A stretch of 64,000 bases of DNA from Nitrosopumilus sp. (lineage in GTDB: Archaea > Thermoproteota > Nitrososphaeria > Nitrososphaerales > Nitrosopumilaceae), in NCBI GenBank assembly GCA_965214775.1, contig OZ243974.1, positions 128,001 through 192,000 on the forward strand, given 5' to 3'. This document shows, one piece after another, positions 19,537 to 29,950 of the stretch; the first letter of the stretch is position 1, and each line of letters starts with the position of its first letter. Below the pieces are notes generated by a model, which did no database searches, was not told the DNA's origin, and worked only from the letters and a program-made list of their open reading frames with translations. A program made the position numbers and the translations under genes.

Positions 19537-19618
19537 TAGACTTTATGCGTAATCGATCTGAATGAGATGAATTTGTTCGTAATAATCCTAGATCTGAACC
19601 GATTACGCATAAAGTCTG
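19537..19618. mobile_element. MITE family B copy 2
   Basis: inverted near-identical copy of 4632-4713. Confidence 0.85.
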
Positions 19619-19827
19619 ATGTACAAAAAAATGGCCTGATAATCTTTGAAACGTTTTTTTGAATCGGTCATCTATGGTGTCGAACGAAAATTCTTCAACG
19701 CATATGGGTACGAAATACACATGAAAACGCTTCCTGTTTTTGAAGAACTTTTAATCGCCACTGTAGATACATTACATACAACGGCCAAAAGAGTCTCAGA
19801 TCTGCTCAGATGAATTTTCTCATAGTT

Positions 19828-20514
19828 TCAAAATCCATTTGAAAAGTCCTCAAGCATGTTTTGATTTTTAGTGAGTCGGTTCATTGCAAAGAATGCGCCA
19901 CCGACAATTCCTGCCTGGTAAAAGGTATACAAAAATACTCCTGACGAGGTGGGATCCGATTTTGTGAAACTCAAAACAAGCATTGTAAAGAAGACGAAGG
20001 TTCCAACAAACGTGACTGTCCTGTTTAGTAATCCGGAATTCATTCCAACAATTCTTTTGGTAGCAGATGCCATCAATGTAATACTAGTAATAATCAAAAA
20101 CGTTGCTCCGCCATTTGCAGTTACAAATGCAGTCAGCCATGCAATCAGACCATCGTCAAGAATTGAGAGTTCTGGCATGATACTGCCGCCATTTATTGCA
20201 AAGTTTACTGCGCTAAACATTCCCCCAATTACAAAAAAGAACAGGAAAATTTTCACAATCGACCTTTTGAAAGGACTCCGGGTTTCTGATGGATTTACAG
20301 CCCGCTCTGCAATTCTAACTCCGTATAGAAATCCTACGGCCATGGCAGGCAGGAACATGATGTTAATCAAGATGGGAGATTCTTCGTTGATCTCCTCAAT
20401 CTGGGGATGGAAAATCAGGAATAAAACTACTGCAAGGGCTGCTGCGGCCCCAAATAGCATCAAGCCCAGATATCGGTGATCCTGCGACCCAGATATCTGA
20501 TCCCAGTTATACAT
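19828..20514 (-). CDS. integral membrane protein
   Basis: 228 aa, about 6 hydrophobic segments. Confidence 0.75.
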   Translation of the reverse strand: MYNWDQISGSQDHRYLGLMLFGAAAALAVVLFLIFHPQIEEINEESPILINIMFLPAMAVGFLYGVRIAERAVNPSETRSPFKRSIVKIFLFFFVIGGMFSAVNFAINGGSIMPELSILDDGLIAWLTAFVTANGGATFLIITSITLMASATKRIVGMNSGLLNRTVTFVGTFVFFTMLVLSFTKSDPTSSGVFLYTFYQAGIVGGAFFAMNRLTKNQNMLEDFSNGF

Positions 20515-20641
20515 TTTATAGGCTCATAAGAAGATAATTAAAGAACAAATCGAAAAATCATTTGTTCAAATAATCAATTCTATTTACCCTTTTTAGTAGT
20601 AGAAACAGCCAGTCTGATACATGAGACAAAGAAAAGGAGGA

Positions 20642-20860
20642 ATGAGGGCAGGAAGGGTAGCAAAACTGACAATTATTGTCGGGATCATTGTGATGATTTT
20701 GGGAAATGTCTTTAGTTTTCAGGGCCAGTCAGTTATCGGACCTGAGACATCATTCATGTATTCAAATCCAGATTGGATAACACACGGAATCCAGATTGTG
20801 ATTGTCGGTGGAATAATTTTTGGGGCAGGAGTTGCCATGGCAATGGCAAGGCGAAATTAG
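20642..20860 (+). CDS. small 2-TM membrane protein
   Basis: two hydrophobic helices around QGQSVIGPETSFMYSNPDW; alternative start at 20621. Confidence 0.7.
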   Translation: MRAGRVAKLTIIVGIIVMILGNVFSFQGQSVIGPETSFMYSNPDWITHGIQIVIVGGIIFGAGVAMAMARRN

Positions 20861-21156
20861 TTGATTGCTCTAAGAGTTATCGTACTTTGAATGTTTCCAA
20901 GTTTTCTAATCTTTGATGTTATTACCTGATTCATCTCTACATGATTTTCAGTTTCAAATTCGGCTACAACGTCATAGCTTCCATAGGTAATCAGGCAGTT
21001 TTTTATTTCAGGAATTTCTTCTAGTCGGAAGCAAAGGGCCTGCTCTTCTCCCATCTTGCAACCGATTAGCATGATGCCTTTTGCATTAAATTCAGCTTTT
21101 TTAGAAGAGTCCAACTTAAAGGCACCTGATCGGTTGATTCTGGAACCAAGTTTCAA
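20857..21156 (-). CDS. Lrp/AsnC ligand-binding-domain protein
   Basis: ITYGSYDVVAE..IRKLGNIQSTITL; start uncertain. Confidence 0.8.
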   Translation of the reverse strand: MKLGSRINRSGAFKLDSSKKAEFNAKGIMLIGCKMGEEQALCFRLEEIPEIKNCLITYGSYDVVAEFETENHVEMNQVITSKIRKLGNIQSTITLRAIN

Positions 21157-22349
21157 AATCCGGCATGTATCGGATCAGAAGGTTTCATGATCTCCCTTAA
21201 CAGAATGGTTGCAAATGAACCGCGAGACAAAGTGAACTGTACAGAATTGTTTTGAGACGAGTAATCGGTGCATTGGGCCGATGCCTGCCTAAATCCCCCT
21301 TCGCTGCTAACCTCCTGCATTTCTCTTATGAAAAAGTCCTTTGGGGAGATTTCTTCCCGCCTTAATATTTTTGAAATGTAATGATCAAACCTGGTTTTTT
21401 TGTAGTAAGAGTATCCGACAAACGGCAATGCAAGATTTTGATCCAAACCCATTACAAACCTGCCAATTTTTCCATGAAAATCAAAACACACGTCTCCTGA
21501 TTCGGCCTCAAAAAGACTCTCGCCCCCAGCAAAGGCATCACTCAGAGAGCAGTTGAACAGATATGACTGGCATGCCTGGACATAGAACCTTCGTAACGAT
21601 ATCGGAATGGACCTTACGGCTTTAAAGTAATCATCATGTTCGATCATTTCTTTTAGAACAATCCTTTCAATATCCATCTGATACGGCACTTGCCTAAGAT
21701 ACCTTGAATAGTTTGCCTTGTCAGCCAGTTTTTCTCTAATCTCAGTATTTTCCTTGGAATCATATGTCGAAGTAAATGAAAGAATCAGTTCAACTGCTTT
21801 CTGGAAATTTTTCTGAACAATTGCCTTGCCAATCAAGTGTGTGACAGGTCTCTTTGAGCCAAATCTCTGATACCCGTAAAAATTCAAAATTTTGTCATGC
21901 TCGGCAAATGACGACAGTCCATCTTTGCTATTTTGAATGGCTATTTTGAAATGATTTCCCACCATGTCTTTTTTTAAAAGAGGCTTTTTGACAAACCCCA
22001 AATGAGATAGCGAGTATTTTTCAGAAGAAAAATCTTCAATCTGCCTTCCTTTGTTTTTGGCACAAACATACTGCTCAGTAACTGCCGATGCGTCTTTGAG
22101 TCCCAATGATTTTACACGCAGGCCTTTTTTTCTAAAAATATCAGACAGTGCGTGATTTGTGTCAATTCTTCTCTTTTGTAATTTGTAAACAGCATAGTCG
22201 CCTTCAGGCTTGATTGAACTTTTTATTTTTTCAGAAATTACTTCGTACACTTTAAAGTCTTCAGGAGAGTTTCGGATTGTTCCTCCTATTCCATCAGAAC
22301 TTGTACTGTAAACGGTGATTCCAATTTGGGAATCTAGGTTGGGTATCAC
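21153..22349 (-). CDS. truD: tRNA pseudouridine(13) synthase
   Basis: PEDFKV, GLKDASAVTEQ, NFYGYQRFG, FTLSRGSFAT. Confidence 0.93.
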   Translation of the reverse strand: MIPNLDSQIGITVYSTSSDGIGGTIRNSPEDFKVYEVISEKIKSSIKPEGDYAVYKLQKRRIDTNHALSDIFRKKGLRVKSLGLKDASAVTEQYVCAKNKGRQIEDFSSEKYSLSHLGFVKKPLLKKDMVGNHFKIAIQNSKDGLSSFAEHDKILNFYGYQRFGSKRPVTHLIGKAIVQKNFQKAVELILSFTSTYDSKENTEIREKLADKANYSRYLRQVPYQMDIERIVLKEMIEHDDYFKAVRSIPISLRRFYVQACQSYLFNCSLSDAFAGGESLFEAESGDVCFDFHGKIGRFVMGLDQNLALPFVGYSYYKKTRFDHYISKILRREEISPKDFFIREMQEVSSEGGFRQASAQCTDYSSQNNSVQFTLSRGSFATILLREIMKPSDPIHAGF

Positions 22350-24004
22350 TCTATTGTCACTGTGACGAATTTGCCAATTGCCACATCAGTTGTTTGAAGC
22401 CCAATCAGAACCTTGTATGTTCCGGGAGGCGCATCCTCAGAAGCAGAGATGTCAGTGGTGATTGTCCGCGTGGTATTATCATCATAGATATCATCGGTAT
22501 AATTATCATCGCCATTATCCGTGTTGCCCAGCTGGAAAACAGACGGGGAGTCATGTGTCAATTCAACATCAATAAAATCATGGGTCGGGGAAAGAACGAG
22601 GCTTACTCCCATCGGGTCTTTTTGAGACTTTGTGGACACTGTGAAATCAAAGTGTGCCAAGCCTCCAGGCTCCAAAGTAAGAGAGTCTGATTCCAATTGA
22701 ATTTCGGCAGGAAGCGGAACGGAGGTATCAACTACGCCAATGTTGTTTTCAACCCATTCAGTAAACCAAACCTTTGGACCGTCAACAGTAAAACCAAATA
22801 CTTGCGCCATACCGCAGTCAGACAGCATCAAGCCGGTTCCGGGATCACAGTCAGCCCAGTAGGGGTTCTTGGAAGGAACGTGATACTCCACCAGGGATTC
22901 TGTCTGAGGATTCATCACAGAGATGTTGTTGGATGTATGCGCATTAAAGACAATTCTTCCGTCATCATCGGCTTGCATCCAATATGGCCTGGAGACAGGG
23001 TTTTTTATTATGCCGGTTTGGTTGCCGTATGTACTGAACATGGGCTCTGCAGTTACATACTGGGTGTAGATTTCAGTGGATGGATCAAAACTGAAGAACG
23101 AGGAGGAACTGGTGTCGGCCAGCCAAATTCTTCCATCGTTGCCTACCTCAATACCATTTGGCGTCAGCAACTGAGGTGGAAGTTCAAAAATATCCGCATG
23201 ATCTATTGTAGGCAAGAATGCCTCGCCGGTCTGAAAAACTGCAGTCCTGTATGCAGTATAATCAAACTTTAGCAGGACACCGCCTTGTTGGGACAGCCAG
23301 TTCGTATACCAGACATTGTCGTCTTTGTCAATTGCAAAGTCTGCCGTAAATGAATTTTCAAAAGGCGAGGGAACGCTCAGATATTCGATTTCGTCGGCGG
23401 ATTGTGCAAGCTCAAGGAAGCTGATCTTGTTGCCAGTAAAATCGTTAATTATCATTTGAGAGCCGTCAATTTGCAGTCTTTGGGGCAGAGAATCGCCACC
23501 TTCTGAAGGATATGAGATTCTGCGGTATTCCTCATCAATGGTTGAAAATTCCCAGACTGAATCGTGTGCTTCGTCTGTAAACCACAGGGAACCATCAGGG
23601 GCATAATCAATTCCCCACATCATGGAACGGGCTCCCGGCGGCCAAGAAGGATTCGCATATTCTGTAAAAGTTTCAGTCGCAGGATCAAACTTTCCCAAAC
23701 TGCCGGTATTGGTCTCAGTAAACCAGACGTTTCCATCGTAATCAGTGACGATTGCCAGAGGATTTGTACACTCAGTTGGGATGGAGTACTCTTGAATGTA
23801 TCTCGTTGATTTTGGCTCTCCGGTTCCGCAAAATTGTGCGCGGCTTGCATCAGGAAAATTATCTGCAGGGGTTCCAGTACGCGTAAATTCAGGATTGTCT
23901 ATTTCTTCCTGCATTATGTTAGGCATACTTGCAGCAGTTGCCCAAAACAGCAACGAGCCGCCAAACAGTACCGTGAAGATAATGCCCTTGGTTTGTTTTT
24001 TCAC
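22346..24004 (-). CDS. secreted Vgb-lyase-like beta-propeller protein
   Basis: signal peptide; repeated DGNVWFTE / DGSLWFTD / DDNVWYT blades; Ig-like C-terminus. Confidence 0.8.
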   Translation of the reverse strand: MKKQTKGIIFTVLFGGSLLFWATAASMPNIMQEEIDNPEFTRTGTPADNFPDASRAQFCGTGEPKSTRYIQEYSIPTECTNPLAIVTDYDGNVWFTETNTGSLGKFDPATETFTEYANPSWPPGARSMMWGIDYAPDGSLWFTDEAHDSVWEFSTIDEEYRRISYPSEGGDSLPQRLQIDGSQMIINDFTGNKISFLELAQSADEIEYLSVPSPFENSFTADFAIDKDDNVWYTNWLSQQGGVLLKFDYTAYRTAVFQTGEAFLPTIDHADIFELPPQLLTPNGIEVGNDGRIWLADTSSSSFFSFDPSTEIYTQYVTAEPMFSTYGNQTGIIKNPVSRPYWMQADDDGRIVFNAHTSNNISVMNPQTESLVEYHVPSKNPYWADCDPGTGLMLSDCGMAQVFGFTVDGPKVWFTEWVENNIGVVDTSVPLPAEIQLESDSLTLEPGGLAHFDFTVSTKSQKDPMGVSLVLSPTHDFIDVELTHDSPSVFQLGNTDNGDDNYTDDIYDDNTTRTITTDISASEDAPPGTYKVLIGLQTTDVAIGKFVTVTIE

Positions 24005-24163
24005 AATAAAATTGACAAAGTGCCTTTGTTATATCTTTTCTAATGGGGGATTACAGTAGACGTAAATGCAAACCCTCAAAACCACCACGGCCTACGACAG
24101 GCCGGCAAATCCGTACCCTGCAAGATTCCTTCTTCTGGAAGTCACGATGCGCTCATGTACGGC

Positions 24164-24246
24164 TATAGCAACGGGCAGAAGTCCTTGAGTCAAAGTAGGT
24201 CACAACTATACGTAAAAAACCTCAATTATTTCTGCTCGTTGCCATA
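24164..24246 (+). mobile_element. MITE family E
   Basis: near-identical to 8238-8320. Confidence 0.88.
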
Positions 24247-24292
24247 TGTCAGGTAGATTGTCAAAACATGTGTATCACATATTCTGCTGCAA

Positions 24293-24958
24293 CTATATCT
24301 CTAGTTTTCTCTTTATTTTGGATATTTCAGACTCTAGTTTTTGAAATCTCGAGTCCAGCATGTCACTTACGTTTGATGACAGATTGCGTATCTCAGAGAT
24401 TGTCTGGTCCTGCTTGTCAAGCATCTGGTCCTGCTTGTCAAGCATCTGGTCCTGCTTGTCAAGCATCTGGTCCTGCTTGTCAAGCATCTGGTCCTGCTTG
24501 TCAAGCATCTGGTCCTGCTTTGAATCGAGCTTTCTCAGATACATGGCACCGGTGCCGAACCCCTCTACCATCTCTGCTAGCATTGTCTGCGAAAGTCTGA
24601 AGTTCTTTTGCTCAAATGACATGTTTTGTGTTGATTGGGCATCCATGCCCTCGTGCCTGATCTCAAATGTCTTAAACTCGTCCTTTTTTTCAGAATAGTT
24701 CTTCTGGATGTTTTCTATGAGAATTGGATTCTTGTAGTTCTCCAATGCTGTGACAAATCTGTCGATGCCGTCCTCTCTGCCTTCGCATACGATTCTTACC
24801 GTGCCGTCGCTTAGGTTCATGACATAGCCCTTGAGGCCACACGTGCTTGCATCATGCCGAACCACGTAGCGAAGCCCCACGCCTTGGACAATGCCCTCTA
24901 GCACGATTTCTGCCCTTTTCATCTGCTCCATGATGGATTCATCTGTCCAGAATTGCAT
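24293..24958 (-). CDS. acylphosphatase-domain protein with C-terminal heptad-repeat coiled coil
   Basis: GIVQGVGLR and GYVMNLSDGTVRIVCEG; (KQDQMLD) repeats. Confidence 0.85.
   Translation of the reverse strand: MQFWTDESIMEQMKRAEIVLEGIVQGVGLRYVVRHDASTCGLKGYVMNLSDGTVRIVCEGREDGIDRFVTALENYKNPILIENIQKNYSEKKDEFKTFEIRHEGMDAQSTQNMSFEQKNFRLSQTMLAEMVEGFGTGAMYLRKLDSKQDQMLDKQDQMLDKQDQMLDKQDQMLDKQDQMLDKQDQTISEIRNLSSNVSDMLDSRFQKLESEISKIKRKLEI
24403..24520. repeat. 21-bp perfect tandem repeat, about 5.6 units
   Basis: unit TCTGGTCCTGCTTGTCAAGCA. Confidence 0.95.
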
Positions 24959-25152
24959 ATAAGGATTTCATTTTTGTCAGTCTGTTGCATAGTTCAATTT
25001 TTTACTTGAATTTGCTTTAAATGATAAATCCAGATAAAGCAACAATTGATTTTTGATCTACTGTGATCAAAATCAGTAGTTTTTTGACGAAAAAGGAAGT
25101 TATGCAATAGGCTAATTTTCGTACAACAGAGTTTACATTTCCGTCCACTAGA

Positions 25153-25521
25153 TTAAAGCAGTTTTAGTTCCCCCGTAATCCTATCAATCAGATTCTCCGG
25201 GGCAGGCCCTATCGAGATACAAGTAACAGTGCCGGGGGCAAGTTGTGTGTGACCGGCATCTGAGACCTCAGACCATGGCAAATTCAGATCAATTGCACGT
25301 ATTTTTATTTCTTGCAAATCCTTGATTGAGGGGACTTTGAGGACGACTTTTTCTTGACTGCCCCACCATTGTTCATACCATTCAGGATTGGATTTTCTGA
25401 CATGTTCTGCGCCAAGAACACAGGCATGTCCAACCTGGGCGGCAATCTTGCCTTTACCCATTTGAAGATCGGTTCTCACTACAATTACCTGCTTTATGTC
25501 ATCCATGGAGATACCAGACAA
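25153..25521 (-). CDS. pth2: peptidyl-tRNA hydrolase Pth2
   Basis: VRTDLQMGKGKIAAQVGHA, DAGHTQL. Confidence 0.94.
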   Translation of the reverse strand: MSGISMDDIKQVIVVRTDLQMGKGKIAAQVGHACVLGAEHVRKSNPEWYEQWWGSQEKVVLKVPSIKDLQEIKIRAIDLNLPWSEVSDAGHTQLAPGTVTCISIGPAPENLIDRITGELKLL

Positions 25522-25572
25522 CGGCTCAATGAAAAACTTTTGAATTAAATAATTGACAAAGAAACAAAATCT

Positions 25573-26712
25573 GTGTACTACTCAGATGTCGTTGTGGCCG
25601 GGGGAAGCGTGGCAGGACTGTTATGTGCAAGGGAAATTGCCGCCAGAGGGCATTCAGTCACAGTCATTGAGGAGGATTACGAAATCGGAACGCCTGAGCA
25701 TTGTGGGGGACTGGTCAGCCTGTCAGGCCTGCAAGAACTTGGAATAATTCCTTTCAGAAGCACGTTTGATCACTTTATTGAATCAGCTAGGATCAAATCC
25801 CCCAACGGAAGCCACTTTACAATTGATTCAAAGAAACAGAAAGTGATTGAAATCAGCAGGAGGGAGCTTGACAAACAGATTGCGTTTCAGGCCCAAAAGA
25901 GCGGTGCGGCCATCAAAGTAAAGACCAGTTTTCAGGGGATGACTGAGAATGGAATCAGGACAAATGACGGACAGATTGACTGCAAAATTTTCGTGGATGC
26001 AAGAGGAGTTTCATCATTGGTTCATAAAGACAGAACGGGGATTCTGCCATCAGCCCAATATGAAATCTATGCAGACTGGATAAAGAAAGGAAGAGTAGAC
26101 GTAATTTTTGATCAGGAAAAGTATCCCGGATTTTTTGCATGGGTGATTCCGTCAGGAGAAAGCAGGGGAAAAGTCGGAATGGCAGGCAGGGGCATTAACA
26201 CGGCTCAAGCCATGGAAGAACTGCTAAAGGACAAGGGTGATTTTTCAGTAATAAGAAAGATTTTTGCCCCAATTTGGATCAAGGGTCCGATTGAAAACTT
26301 TGTAGAAGGAAAAACAGTGATTGTCGGAGATGCCGCAGGACAGGCCAAGCCGACTACTGCAGGGGGAATCTACACGAGCGGAATGGGCGGAGTTTTTGCA
26401 GGACAGGCAATTGCAAAATTTCTGGAGACAGGAAACCAAGAGGATTTGGAACAGTACCAGAAAAGATGGAACAAGAGGTTTGCAAAAGAATTTGAAAGGC
26501 AGTTGCTTGTAAGAAAAATTCTCGAAAGACTGGACAACAACACAATTGACAGGTTATTCGAGTCTGCAACACCAGAAATCATAGCAGAAATTTCTAAAAA
26601 GGATGACTTTGACTTTCATGCCGGCTCCATTATCAGACTGCTAGGAGTCAAAGGATCCATCAAAACTGTTCAAACCCTGATAGGCGGAGAACTCAAAAAG
26701 ATTCTAAGATAA
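25573..26712 (+). CDS. geranylgeranyl-reductase-family FAD oxidoreductase
   Basis: Rossmann start, PEHCGG, FAWVIP, VGDAAGQ..TAGGI. Confidence 0.85.
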   Translation: MYYSDVVVAGGSVAGLLCAREIAARGHSVTVIEEDYEIGTPEHCGGLVSLSGLQELGIIPFRSTFDHFIESARIKSPNGSHFTIDSKKQKVIEISRRELDKQIAFQAQKSGAAIKVKTSFQGMTENGIRTNDGQIDCKIFVDARGVSSLVHKDRTGILPSAQYEIYADWIKKGRVDVIFDQEKYPGFFAWVIPSGESRGKVGMAGRGINTAQAMEELLKDKGDFSVIRKIFAPIWIKGPIENFVEGKTVIVGDAAGQAKPTTAGGIYTSGMGGVFAGQAIAKFLETGNQEDLEQYQKRWNKRFAKEFERQLLVRKILERLDNNTIDRLFESATPEIIAEISKKDDFDFHAGSIIRLLGVKGSIKTVQTLIGGELKKILR

Positions 26713-26764
26713 ACGTGCCGGACTTTCAGGGAAGGTATAAATGATGTTTGGCAAGATTTCAGGT

Positions 26765-26944
26765 ATGTCCTCTACAATTGTATTGCCAAAATGTAACGGC
26801 TGCAACAGATACATTATGCCCAATGATAAATGTGTGAAATTCAACTGTCCGGAATGCGGCAACGAGCTGATATGGAGATGCCAGAGCTGCAGGGAAGCGG
26901 CAAGAAGATATACCTGCTCCTCATGTGGATTCACGGGACCTTGA
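26765..26944 (+). CDS. double Zn-finger protein (HVO_2753/DUF1610-like)
   Basis: four CxxC pairs, FNCPECG, ends CGFTGP; precedes EF-1beta. Confidence 0.85.
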   Translation: MSSTIVLPKCNGCNRYIMPNDKCVKFNCPECGNELIWRCQSCREAARRYTCSSCGFTGP

Positions 26945-26949
26945 AGAAA

Positions 26950-27231
26950 ATGGCACAATTACTCTTCATTACAAAAATCCTGCCTGAAGGAACCAAAGTC
27001 GATTTAGACAAGCTTGCAGAAGCAATCCAGTCATCACTGCCAGAGGGCATCAACATGAAAAGACATGCCAAGGAACCATTGGCATTCGGGTTGGAATTTT
27101 TGAAGGCAGAGTTCATTCTAGAAGACAAGGAAGGCCAGAGTGATGCACTTGAAGATGCCGTAAGAGGCATAAAAGGCGTCAGCGAATTCGAAGTGCTCAA
27201 CATGAGCAGAATGTCAGTTGACATGAAATAG
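26950..27231 (+). CDS. ef1b: elongation factor 1-beta
   Basis: KILPEG..EPLAFGL; ATG at 26950. Confidence 0.9.
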   Translation: MAQLLFITKILPEGTKVDLDKLAEAIQSSLPEGINMKRHAKEPLAFGLEFLKAEFILEDKEGQSDALEDAVRGIKGVSEFEVLNMSRMSVDMK

Positions 27232-27239
27232 GTGGTTTT

Positions 27240-29411
27240 TTGGCTCGCAAAGAAGAACCTTTGCAAATGAGAATCGGGGAGGCAAAGCAGCGCGACGTAG
27301 GCAAAAAGCGTGCCAGGATTGGTCCTGAGGCAATGGACTTTCTCAAAGTCACTCCAGGAGACGCCATTGAGGTAACGGGTTCAAGATCAAGCTGTGCAGT
27401 CGTATGGCCAGTAGACGAAGACGAGAAATTTCCAGACATCATCAGGGTTGACGGCCAAACAAGAAAAAATGTCGGTGCGTCGTTAAATGACATTGTAAAG
27501 ATTAGAAAGATAGCTTCAAAAATTGCAAAGACAGTCGCGTTAACTCCCGTAAATGATTCGGTTACTGTGGATAAGGAATTTACGGATTTTGTGAAAAACA
27601 GACTGAAAGGGCTGCCAATTACTCACGGCGATGAGATTTCTGTAATGATTTTAGGCAATTCAATGGACTTTAAAATTACAAAAACGACCCCCAAAGGAGT
27701 GGTAAAGATTGACCGCTCCACAAATTTGAATATATCAACTGAGAGTGCAGTTGATAGAAAAGTCAGAGTGACCTACGAAGAAGTCGGGGGCCTTGGACAC
27801 GAAGTCAAGGCAATGAGGGAAATCGTAGAACTTCCGCTAAAACACCCGGAATTGTTTGCAAGGCTGGGAATTGAACCGCATAGTGGAATTTTGCTTTACG
27901 GCCCCCCGGGATGCGGAAAGACGCTGCTTGCAAAAGTCATGGCAAGCGAATCAGAGGCCAACATGTTTTCAATTAACGGCCCGGAAATCATGAACAAGTA
28001 TTATGGCGAGACAGAAGCCAAGCTCAGAGACATCTTCAAAGAGGCCAAGGACAACTCCCCAAGCATAATTTTCATAGACGAGATTGACGCGATTGCCCCA
28101 AAAAGAGAGGAGGCATACGGGGATGTGGAAAAAAGGGTTGTCGCACAACTGCTTGCTTTGATGGACGGATTGACCGACAGAGGAAACGTCATCGTCCTTG
28201 GGGCAACAAACAGGCCAGACAGCGTAGATCCTGCATTAAGGAGGCCAGGCAGATTCGACAGGGAATTTGAGATCTCAGTGCCAAATGAAGACGGAAGGCT
28301 GGAAATCCTACTGATCCACACAAGAGGGATGCCAGTCAGCGACGAGATTGACCTGAAAGATTTAGCTTCGGAGCTGCACGGATATACGGGTGCAGACATC
28401 AAGTCGCTGTGCAGGGAAGCTGCAATGAAATCAATCCGCAGGTATCTGCCAGAAATTGATCTTGAAACCGAAAAGATTCCCTCCGAGGTACTGCAGTCAA
28501 TGCAGATCAAGCTGATTGACTTTTATGATGCGATGCACGAGGTCGTTCCGACTGCCATGAGGGAGTTTTACGTCGAAAGGCCAAAAGTCTGGTGGCAGGA
28601 TGTCGGAGGTCTTGAGGAGATCAAAGATGCGCTTGCCGATAATCTGATCATGGCCATGAGGGAGCCAAGCAAGTTCACCAAGATGGGAATCAAACCCCCC
28701 AGAGGCGCATTGATTTACGGCCCCCCGGGATGCGGAAAGACGCTGCTTGGAAGAGCCTTGGCCACAGAGACGGGCGCAAACATGATTCTTGTAAGGGGCC
28801 CGGAGATTCTTTCCAAATGGATAGGAGAATCCGAAAAAGCAATCAGGGAAATCTTTAGAAAAGCAAAGGCCTCATCGCCATGCGTTGTAATCTTTGACGA
28901 GTTAGACTCACTTGCACGAAGCAAGTCCGGAGAGGGCGGAGTTGGGGAAACAATACTTAGCCAGCTGCTAACTGAGATCGAGGAAGGGATTACAACATCT
29001 CGGGTGGCAGTCATCGGAATCACAAACAGGCCAGACATATTGGATAATTCGTTACTTAGAACCGGCCGTTTGGATTTGGTCCTGTATGTATCCCCGCCAG
29101 ACGAGAAGGGAAGGCTGGAGATCATTGAGATTCTAACAAGAAAGATGCCGCTAAGCAAGGATGTAAAATTGCAAGAGATTGCAGTTGCAACGCAAAACTA
29201 TACTGGTGCAGACCTGGCAGCACTGTGCAGGGAAGCTGCAGTTCATGCCATGAGGGATAAATCTGCAAGGATTACCAGTCAGGACTTTGCAAACAGCTTA
29301 AAGCAGGTAAGACCGTCAATTACCAAGGAAGTTGACCAATGGTACAACTCAGTTAAGGAAAGTATATCTAATGTAGTACCGCAATCAGGAGATAAGACGT
29401 TTTACGGATGA
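27240..29411 (+). CDS. cdc48: CDC48/VCP AAA ATPase
   Basis: two GPPGCGKT AAA modules, DPALRRPGRFD. Confidence 0.95.
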   Translation: MARKEEPLQMRIGEAKQRDVGKKRARIGPEAMDFLKVTPGDAIEVTGSRSSCAVVWPVDEDEKFPDIIRVDGQTRKNVGASLNDIVKIRKIASKIAKTVALTPVNDSVTVDKEFTDFVKNRLKGLPITHGDEISVMILGNSMDFKITKTTPKGVVKIDRSTNLNISTESAVDRKVRVTYEEVGGLGHEVKAMREIVELPLKHPELFARLGIEPHSGILLYGPPGCGKTLLAKVMASESEANMFSINGPEIMNKYYGETEAKLRDIFKEAKDNSPSIIFIDEIDAIAPKREEAYGDVEKRVVAQLLALMDGLTDRGNVIVLGATNRPDSVDPALRRPGRFDREFEISVPNEDGRLEILLIHTRGMPVSDEIDLKDLASELHGYTGADIKSLCREAAMKSIRRYLPEIDLETEKIPSEVLQSMQIKLIDFYDAMHEVVPTAMREFYVERPKVWWQDVGGLEEIKDALADNLIMAMREPSKFTKMGIKPPRGALIYGPPGCGKTLLGRALATETGANMILVRGPEILSKWIGESEKAIREIFRKAKASSPCVVIFDELDSLARSKSGEGGVGETILSQLLTEIEEGITTSRVAVIGITNRPDILDNSLLRTGRLDLVLYVSPPDEKGRLEIIEILTRKMPLSKDVKLQEIAVATQNYTGADLAALCREAAVHAMRDKSARITSQDFANSLKQVRPSITKEVDQWYNSVKESISNVVPQSGDKTFYG

Positions 29412-29417
29412 TATGTC

Positions 29418-29714
29418 ATGGCAGTTCCAATCAGAAACAGAGTATTTGACAAGATAAAAGAGGCAGGGTCGCTGACGGATGCCGAGCTTTACAAGAGCCT
29501 CACAAAAGACGGCATGGTGCTGGCCGAAGACAAATTCAACAAAATCCTGCTTGATCTGGAGATTCTCGGTCTGATCAAGGTATCCTGGATTACAAAAGAC
29601 GAAAAAAGAATAGAGGTATTTGTTGTCAAGGAAGAGAAAGACGCCGTAGATGAAGAGAACAAGAAGATGGCAGAAAAGGATTACGAGGCAAGTTTTCCCG
29701 GGTTTGACAAGTAG
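29418..29714 (+). CDS. small winged-helix-like hypothetical protein
   Basis: 98 aa directly after cdc48; NKILLDLEILGLIKV. Confidence 0.75.
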   Translation: MAVPIRNRVFDKIKEAGSLTDAELYKSLTKDGMVLAEDKFNKILLDLEILGLIKVSWITKDEKRIEVFVVKEEKDAVDEENKKMAEKDYEASFPGFDK

Positions 29715-29950
29715 TCCTTGGAATTAGCCAAAAATTTTCACCGGTTGTATGAGGTTGCCTGCCATCCCTCTCCCCATCCAATCAGGCACGAATTGTAACA
29801 GATCGGGCTCTGGAAGTTCAGGCGTGAATTTTGCCATCAAAAAAGACCATTCAAACATAATTTGTGCCTAAAATCATAAATCACTTCTAGAACCTATCTG
29901 TTACCCTGTTAGGCCCAATACAACAATTTTTAGTATGTAACCAGTAGCAA

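Noticed and set aside
24268-24698. SGPACQA and SSIWSCL repeat ORFs
   Set aside because: Antisense shadows of the 21-bp repeat in the acylphosphatase gene.
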